NCBI GenBank assembly: GCA_043228905.1
Contig: JBHGNT010000006.1
Location: forward strand, 9,672,001-9,736,000
DNA: 64,000 nucleotides
Origin: Azolla caroliniana
Taxonomy: Eukaryota > Plantae > Polypodiophyta
Reading direction: 5' to 3'
Part shown: in pieces, positions 24,945 through 64,000 of the stretch
Layout: each line of letters opens with the position of its first letter
Position numbering within the stretch: the first letter of the stretch is position 1
Translations under genes and position numbers: made by a program
The notes under the pieces: generated by a model
Seen by the model: the letters and a program-made list of their open reading frames with translations, nothing else
Told to the model about the DNA's origin: nothing
Database searches by the model: none

Positions 24945-26709
24945 GAGTGTTGTCTAGCCAAATGAAGCACCCTCCATCGTTGAACCGAACTTGCATGCCT
25001 TGTTCCACGATTTGACCGACCAAGACCAGATTCTTCATTATTGTTAGAACATGCAAGACATTTTTGATGTAGGTCTCATTGCCGACATGTTGAATGGGGT
25101 GTATTGTGTCATCCCCGGTTTCAATACAACATGGTCGATCGGGTTTTCAGAGTTCTCGAAACCAATCTACATGGGACGTCATGTAATTTGACGCACCCGA
25201 ATCGACAAACCAAATAGCTTCGGGACTAGAGGTGTTGGTCGAGCACAATTCCATCATCGAGTTTGCTCTGTGTCGCATCAGGAACATTTCGTCACGATCG
25301 TTGTAGTCGGAATTCAAGGCGTAATTAGTGAGTTGTCGACTTGTGAATGTTGTCTCACTTTTCTTTTTTTGACACTCTGCCTCGTAGTGGCCGAATTTGC
25401 CACAATATCCACACTGAACGGAGTTGTTATGCCGGCTGGTTTCGACATGATTGCTCCCCCTTCTACCCGAGGCTTCGTCTCGCGAGTTTGTGGCTTCTTG
25501 CCGGTAGTAGAAGTTGTGCTTGTGGGACTACCCTTGATTGTGGCGGCCTTGGCCGAGTTAGCCTCTTCTGCCATGACCTTGTCCTCTTCCTCCATCTGAG
25601 TTCGAATAGAGCATGTGTCCCTCTTGCACACTACTCCTCGCTTGGACGTGATTCTCCTCGACTAGTAACATTGATTGAAGATCGAAGGAGGAGGAAGGAT
25701 TCCCTCTCACGAGAATGGACGACCTTATTGCACCTAACTGAGGTGCCAACCCTTCAAGGCATATCTACACCATTTCATCTTCGTCAATGTTGACATTGAT
25801 GAACCCGAGGGTGTTGCATAGCTCCTTGATTTTCAAGGTGTAACTACCGATTGGCATGTTTCTCTATTGAATATTGTTCAACTCTTGATGGAGCTAAAGT
25901 TTGTGAGCAGTCGTATTGGCCGCGAAAATTTTCTTGAGGTTCCCCCATGCCTCCTTCGGCGTTTTTGCCTCTCGAATGTAGCCAAGCATGTGATCATGTA
26001 CGCATGATGCAAGGCAGTACAACACATGGCTCGCAACTTGCTCCCAGGCTGGGTAGTCGGCGTGTGTCGGGTTGGGTAACTTGTGTTTCTTGTGCTCCTT
26101 CGATGTAGCCCCAATAGCCTTGGTTGACAAGGTATTGGTGCATCTTGTACTCCCAAAATACAAAGTTATTTTTGTCAAGCTTCTTAGCAGGATAAGTGCT
26201 TCCCATCTGAGTGTTCATTGTCGAACTTCTTCTTCTTCTCTTTGATACAAACTGTGCAGATTGCTGCTACAATGATCAGTCGGTTCTTTTCAAACTCGGG
26301 ATTAGGCACAACACATGCAGAGGCGATAGACTTTGATCAAGCTACCACGCGCTCTGATGCCATGTAAAGAAACGAGAGTGATTACGTGCAACGGAAGAGA
26401 TATGCATTTGAGAGAGAGAGAGAGAGAGAGATCTTGACGATACAGAAAACCAGTGAAGACTATATTATGAAGGACAAGAATGACCAACAACTATAAAATA
26501 GGTGGGAAGGTGCTTATATAATCACCTTCTCTCTATATTCTCTTTCTACAACCACCTCTTAACTAAAGGGAGGTGGAGACTTAATTACACTGAATATGTG
26601 TCATAGAACTATTAGATTCTATGACACACTAGTTACTATAGTATGTGGTGGGGTGTTCACACACTAGGGTGTGTTCCCACACTAGGGAAGTTGAGTTTGA
26701 TTCTCAATA
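24945..26709 (-). mobile_element. 5' half of a Ty1/copia element (family of 1-5151): 5' LTR, PBS, Gag, PR
   Basis: LTR 26363-26709 (revcomp T(G/A)TTGAGAATCAAACTCAAC..TTTACA); PBS revcomp GCTCTGATGCCA 26351-26362; MNTQM..KKLDKNNFVFWEYKMHQYL Gag; truncated at GMQVRFN. Confidence 0.9.
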
Positions 26710-26770
26710 GTGAGATTGCACAACCCCATCCATAATTTTAATTTGTCTTTAAGTTTCTTTGGTACTAGTG

Positions 26771-27048
26771 ATTATGGCAATATTGGCCTAGTATGCGAAA
26801 CGTTTTTATTTATATGCTCAATATGTAGTTTGAAGACACATTTGACACTTAAAAGGCATATCGGTATGTTTGTTCTCCATATTGGCGACATCCAAAAGGC
26901 TAACTTGAGATTATGGCATACTTGGCCTATGCGGAAAGGTTTTATTTTTATGCTAATATGTAGTTTAGAGACACATTTGACACTTAAAAAGCATATTGGT
27001 TTGTTTGTTCTCCATATTGGCGACATCCAAAAGGCTAACTTGAGATTA
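26771..27048. repeat. Tandem duplication, 2 x ~138 bp
   Basis: ..ACACATTTGACACTTAAAA..GTTCTCCATATTGGCGACATCCAAAAGGCTAACTTGAGATTA occurs twice. Confidence 0.85.
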
Positions 27049-27188
27049 GGTAGATGCTCGAAGGCTTATAGGAAAACATGTCCACCCATTGCATTGGTTG
27101 TTAGGTAAAATTTAAAACAAGTTCATCTAGAATGGGGAATTTGATGGGTTTTGATAGTTATTGCACCCCCTTCTACTATAATTATACA

Positions 27189-27847
27189 CATAGATTGACA
27201 CATGCATGATATTTGTGATATTCTCTATGCGCAATATTCTCAATATTCGAGAATATGAAATGGCCCGAAGAATATTAAAAAACCATTCGTTTTGCAAAAT
27301 AGATATAAAATATTTATTTATTTATTTAAATAAATTTATTTTACCAAAAAAAGAACAATTATTCATTAATAGATTATAGTGTCAAGAGAGTTTATGAAAC
27401 TTATTTTAATTAATCAATTAATTAATTAATTTTTAAAAAACGAATATTTTTATATGTACTATACAAATATGATTAGTATAAACTTTAAATATATAATTAG
27501 TTTGAAGTACTATTTTTAATGTTAAAATAAAAATATCCATAAATTTTGAGGGAATAAAAAGTGAGAAATTAATGAGGCTCTATTTTATTTTATTTATTTA
27601 TTAAAAATAAAACGAATACTTATAATTATAAGTTATACATTTATTATTAAAATTTAGTAGGGACAAATCCCCAAGTCCCTCTTTTATTATCCCTATTTAT
27701 TGTCAAGTTCCTTTTTTTTTATCCTAGGAAATTAAAAAAAACAGTTTTTTTTTTTTTGAGTTAAACGAATACTTGACCACCCATTCGTATTTGTATTTGT
27801 ATACATTCGAATGGGAAACCTGACAAATGCGAATATATCAATCTATG
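27189..27847. mobile_element. hAT-like MITE (AT-rich, non-autonomous)
   Basis: TIR CATAGATTGA...TCAATCTATG; perfect 8-bp TSD ATTATACA at 27181-27188 and 27848-27855. Confidence 0.88.
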
Positions 27848-28829
27848 ATTATACATTTACACAATTACTATTTACTAAAAAGGAAGAAGAAAGATTCTCT
27901 ATTTAAAATGACTTTATATATTAAAGGTTCATGGCCCAAAACACGAAGTGTGTGTTAAGCAAGAGGGAGTATCCATGGATACAAGCGTGGGATTAGAAGG
28001 CGAGAAAGATACCCTTGGGAAAAGTAATGCAACCTTTTTGAAATATAAGATACATATATTAGGCAAAGTAAAGTTCCATTATATTACATAGATACACACA
28101 CATACTATATAGATCCAGGTGAGTTGACAATCAAGCAAAATGAGTATTTGTCAAAATTTTGTCACGACCGCGTCTAAAAGTTAGAATATATGAAACTTAG
28201 AAAATCTAAAGCATTAATAGTTGTAGAATAATTTATGAGTAATTATTAGTTAAAGATAAGGGACACACACATAGTTTGAAAGAAAAGGTAATATATTTTT
28301 CTAGCTAATTCTTGTAGGATTTGGATGATTCAAGTTTTAACATGGTTGAGAGTCGAGACACTTTTCATTTGTGTTGCATGCATATGCTTGTCACATATTT
28401 GTTGCGTGCACATGCATACATTGATATCATGTAGATGGAATGGGATCTCGTTTAGGCCACCAAAACCTTTGCTTCACCAACACAAATTGCCTTATGTTCG
28501 ACAAGCCTATACAACTTTCCTTTAATGGACAATCTACACTACTTGTTTCTTCCCTCCTACCTTAACAATGTCTCATTTCACGGGTCCTCGAGAACTATAA
28601 CAAATTTCCCATGGGTTTCTTTGCCCTCGAACAATAAATATGCACGCACAATGGGGTGGTGCCAGAAGGTTTGGACCACTACTACACAAGATATGCAATG
28701 TGTTTGGTGGGCACAACTACCATGGGGGGGTGGCCATTGTCCCACCCAATGCTGAGGTGTGGGGCAGGGCATGTGGTCGAATGGAAAAGACAATGTATAT
28801 GCCGCTCTTGTCTTGTCTTGTCCTCACTT

Positions 28830-29166
28830 TGTATACCTCTCCATTCTAGATTGACCTATGCTATAGAGATTCTGAAGACAAAAAAAATTATAATATCTCT
28901 AACAATTGATAACAAAATTCTTTGGTCTCTTTTCATTATGATCTTGTTATCTCTAACAATTGATAACAAAGAGACTTTAGTCTCTTTTTATTATGATCTT
29001 GTTGACAGTTTTTTTTTCACTAACTTAGGGACATTTATTTTGGTCGGTCATTGTGAAAGGTGAGACGACACTTAAAGATGTAAGAACTCTTGTTTGGTCT
29101 TTTCTGTATAGGGCCATTTTGGCCGCTTAGAGGACGTTCAAATACATATGTATGTATCTTTCTTTC
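28830..29166 (+). mobile_element. Degenerate 3' end of the RTE-like LINE just upstream of the VPS13 leader
   Basis: CATTCTAGATTGACCTATGCTA..GAGACGACACTTAAAGATGTAA..GGCCATTTTGGCC..TCTTTCTTTC, same as the intronic copies; internal ~53-bp duplication ~28890-29000. Confidence 0.75.
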
Positions 29167-29297
29167 AACTCTTAACGTGCTTTGGGTTCATGGACCCGCG
29201 GAGATGGACGGTGAGGATGATGCCAGGTGTGAAAAAGCACTACTCTGTCAAGTGGCGTCTGGCGAGCCGTCGATCAACAATGATCGGACGGTGCAGA

Positions 29298-29325
29298 ATC
29301 TCTCTCTCTCTCTCTCTCTAGTATA

Positions 29326-29357
<32 letters not shown>

Positions 29358-30339
29358 AGGATAATCTCTGCCTCTCTGCCTCTCTATCTCTCTCATCTAC
29401 AAAGAAGGTTTTTCTTTATTACGCAGGTATGTCTTTTCTTCCATCTTGTGCAGACAAACTCTGCGTCGAAGAGCTCGTGATTCTTTGGAGCATCACATAA
29501 ATCTGTCTTTGCAGGTAAGGCTTCTTTTTGCACTCTTTCTTCATCTAACATTTTTGTTTTGTTTTGTTAAGCTTGTGATTTTTGAAGGATCAAAATAGCA
29601 TTTTTTCTTTGTTGTTTCATGATATATCAAAAGAAACATTTATAAGGGCTTTACTTTTCCTTCCTGTGCAGTGGACGGGGTTTTGCGAACCTCTCGTTGA
29701 TGATTGGACCATACTTCTTTGATGTGTTAAATTCGAAGGCACATTTTTAGGTAATTCACAGTCTTCTTCATAACTTTTTCTCGTTTTTATTTTGCGGGCA
29801 TTTCTCCATCTAACATGCTTCTTTGTTTCTTTTTATTGCGAGAAGTTCTGTTTTTGTTTGTTGGTACTTTCCAATCTGAGGTATAAAAATTTGTTATTTT
29901 TCATTTTATGCTATTTTTTCCAGGTATCTGAGAATCCCATTGATCAAAGGATTCGTTTCTTTATGTGAAATCTGAAGGCCTGTTCGTGTTACTTTTAGTA
30001 GTTAGTTTTGTTATGGGTATTTCAATAGCTAATAGACGTGGATTTCTTTGTTATTTTTCTTTTTTATGAATTTTGAAAATGCTTCGGAAGTACCTTCTTA
30101 GATGATCAATCAAAATTTTATTGTTTAGTATCAAGCCTCTCTTCATTAATGTTAAATTATATGCATGTTTTCGTGTGCTTCTTTTTTGCAGTTATCTCCA
30201 GAATTCCTTGATCAAACCTCTACTTTGATGTGAATCTCGAAGAAACTTCTGCATGGATTTCTTCTGCAATTTTCCGCTGATACATTTCTGAATCTTGTGG
30301 ATCAAACCATTTCCTCTTCGAAAAGAAAATTGGTTCAAA
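29298..30339 (+). promoter_or_regulatory. Putative VPS13 transcription start region (CT-rich tract) and multi-exon 5' UTR
   Basis: (CT)n/(CTCTGT)n 29298-29392; donor-like CAG|GTATGT 29426, CAG|GTAAGG 29514 and TAG|GTAATT 29750; acceptor-like GCAG before 29672 and TTTTTTGCAG before 30192. Confidence 0.55.
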
Positions 30340-63999
<33,660 letters not shown>

Positions 64000-64000
64000 G

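Noticed and set aside
26710-27108. 132-aa ORF with an internal repeat; possible array
   Set aside because: Product of a two-unit ~138-bp tandem duplication; no recognisable protein and no repeat-spacer structure.

Overview
Eukaryotic land-plant nuclear DNA. A fern-like origin is inferred from the PPR N-terminus and the LINE/copia style, not proven. The window has two halves. (1) 1-29,200 is a nested transposon graveyard: five degenerate Ty1/copia elements or derivatives, solo LTRs, RTE-type LINE fragments, a Mutator-like MITE (9-bp TSD), a hAT-like MITE (8-bp TSD), and a PPR pseudogene split cleanly by a spliced actin cDNA fragment. (2) ~29,300 to the end is the 5' part of a large + strand VPS13 (plant VPS13M-type) lipid-transfer gene. 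I traced 51 coding exons by hand (about 10,038 nt, ~3,346 codons, splice phases consistent); the gene continues past the window. Its long introns hold many 5'-truncated copies of one RTE-like LINE with a conserved 3' hairpin and (TTTC)n tail, plus copia solo LTRs. The most novel-looking signals are a TG..CA-bounded LTR-like family carrying tRNA-like (Pol III A/B box) modules and repeatedly flanked by a 4-bp CCGY target, a copia solo LTR inserted in the anticodon loop of one such module, and the TSD-less actin retro-fragment inside a PPR motif. All coordinates were read by eye and may be off by a few bases.
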